From: Pelagibacteraceae bacterium AG-422-C23
GTDB taxonomy: Bacteria; Pseudomonadota; Alphaproteobacteria; Pelagibacterales; Pelagibacteraceae
Reading direction: 5' to 3'
NCBI GenBank assembly: GCA_003213695.1
Contig: QCMO01000002.1
Span: 5,287-69,286, forward strand
DNA length: 64,000 bases
Shown: piece by piece, positions 62,908-64,000 of the stretch
How positions within the stretch are numbered: position 1 is the stretch's first letter
Layout of the letters: each line of letters begins with the position of its first letter
The notes under the pieces: generated by a model
Databases searched by the model: none
Told to the model about the DNA's origin: nothing
Seen by the model: the letters and a program-made list of their open reading frames with translations, nothing else
Translations under genes and position numbers: made by a program

Positions 62908-63867
62908 GTGAAAAAAAAAAGAAATAAAGATCCAATCCAACCTGTAAGTGGAACCAAAGTACCGCGGTTTGCTGGTCCCTCAACATTTGCAAGATTACCC
63001 GAACTAAGAGACGTCGAAAGTTGTGATGTAGCAATTGTTGGAATTCCATTTGATGCTGGCACAAGTTATAGGCCAGGTGCAAGATTTGGTCCTCAAAGCA
63101 TTAGACAGGCTTCAAGACATTTAAGAACTAATTATCACCCAAACTATGATGTTGAGCCTTTTAAAGTTCAACAAGTTGCTGATGCAGGTGATATTACTTG
63201 TAATCCATTCAATATTGATGAAGCAATAAAACAAATAGAAGTTGGTGCAGAAGAGTTATTAAATAAAGTAGGTGGAATTATTAGTCTTGGAGGAGATCAT
63301 ACAATTGCTTTTCCATTACTTAAGGCGATAAATAAAATTAATAATGGCCCAGTCGCATTAGTGCATTTTGATGCTCATTTGGATACATGGGATACCTATT
63401 TTGGGGCACCATATACTCATGGAACTCCTTTCAGAAGAGCAAGAGAAGAAAACTTATTCTTAGATGATGCTTCTATGCATGTTGGTATAAGAGGACCTTT
63501 GTATAGTAGAGATGATCTTAAAAATGATGAAAGTTTTGGTTTTAAAATTATTCATTGTGATGAGTTTCAAACACAAGGAACAGATAAAATTGCTGAAAGA
63601 ATAAAAAAAAGAGTAGGAGACAATCCTCTTTATCTATCTATCGATATAGATGTATTAGATCCTGCTTTTGCACCTGGAACAGGCACTCCAGAAATTGCTG
63701 GAATGACTACAAGAGAAATGGTTAATGTTATTAGAGGTCTCTCTGGTCTTAACCTTATTTCTGCTGATGTGGTAGAAGTTTCACCTGCATATGATCATGC
63801 AGAAGTCACTTCACTAGCAGCTGCTACAATTGTATATGAATTAACTAATTTGTTTGCAAAAAAATAA
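62908..63867 (+). CDS. speB: Agmatinase / ureohydrolase
   Basis: RPGARFGP, GGDHT, DAHLD, HGTPF, SIDIDVLDP..APGTGTP, EVSP.YD. Confidence 0.85.
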   Translation: MKKKRNKDPIQPVSGTKVPRFAGPSTFARLPELRDVESCDVAIVGIPFDAGTSYRPGARFGPQSIRQASRHLRTNYHPNYDVEPFKVQQVADAGDITCNPFNIDEAIKQIEVGAEELLNKVGGIISLGGDHTIAFPLLKAINKINNGPVALVHFDAHLDTWDTYFGAPYTHGTPFRRAREENLFLDDASMHVGIRGPLYSRDDLKNDESFGFKIIHCDEFQTQGTDKIAERIKKRVGDNPLYLSIDIDVLDPAFAPGTGTPEIAGMTTREMVNVIRGLSGLNLISADVVEVSPAYDHAEVTSLAAATIVYELTNLFAKK

Positions 63868-63887
63868 AGAAAGGTTAGTAGTCTGAA

Positions 63888-64000
63888 ATGGAAAATAAAA
63901 AAAATTTTTATATTGATGGAAAATGGGTCGCACCCAAAAGCAAAGAAGAAATTAAAGTAATTAACCCTGCAACAGAAGAAAGTTGTGCAGTTATATCTTT
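63888..64000 (+). CDS. Aldehyde dehydrogenase, 5' part (runs off window)
   Basis: MENKKNFYIDGKWVAPKSKEEIKVINPATEE, a typical ALDH N-terminus. Confidence 0.75.
   Translation, partial: MENKKNFYIDGKWVAPKSKEEIKVINPATEESCAVIS

Noticed and set aside
1231-63062. Many short antisense or alternate-frame ORFs in the track (e.g. 1231-1500, 4157-4495, 35170-35691, 48283-48645, 54705-55109)
   Set aside because: They lie within well-supported genes and have no motifs or RBS; shadow ORFs
1-64000. CRISPR arrays, rRNA, transposases, anti-phage defence systems
   Set aside because: No spaced repeat array or recognisable nuclease, integrase or transposase found by eye

Overview
AT-rich, tightly packed alphaproteobacterial DNA with the gene content of a SAR11/Pelagibacter-type genome (lineage inferred, not tested). 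About 1-38.6 kb is mostly core (uvrD, fumC, nadAC, tRNA-Leu, pyrC, prpE, blue-tuned proteorhodopsin, dksA, umuDC, recA, alaS, icd, psd/pssA, guaBA, panB). It carries two accessory inserts: an Ehu-like ABC transporter and a GT-C/GT2/polysaccharide-lyase operon. About 38.6-55.2 kb is an organic-nitrogen block. It holds a trigonelline-type (tgnB/F/D/C-like) ring-cleavage operon with a GC-enriched, possibly structured leader and no regulator gene, eutA/doeA-like genes, a PotA/D-family ABC system, the N-methylglutamate methylamine pathway (mgsABC/gmaS), a divergent Amt transporter with small partner ORFs and a diaminopropionate ammonia-lyase-like enzyme. The best candidate for an undescribed system is this N-methyl-heterocycle-to-methylamine funnel and its candidate riboswitch. 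Two seamless gene-to-gene junctions (permease/mgsA near 47.41 kb; cyclophilin/aconitase near 61.85 kb) and a homopolymer frameshift (59.1 kb) indicate deletions or assembly artefacts. I found no CRISPR array, rRNA, integrase or transposase. All homology calls come from motif recognition and memory; no searches were run.
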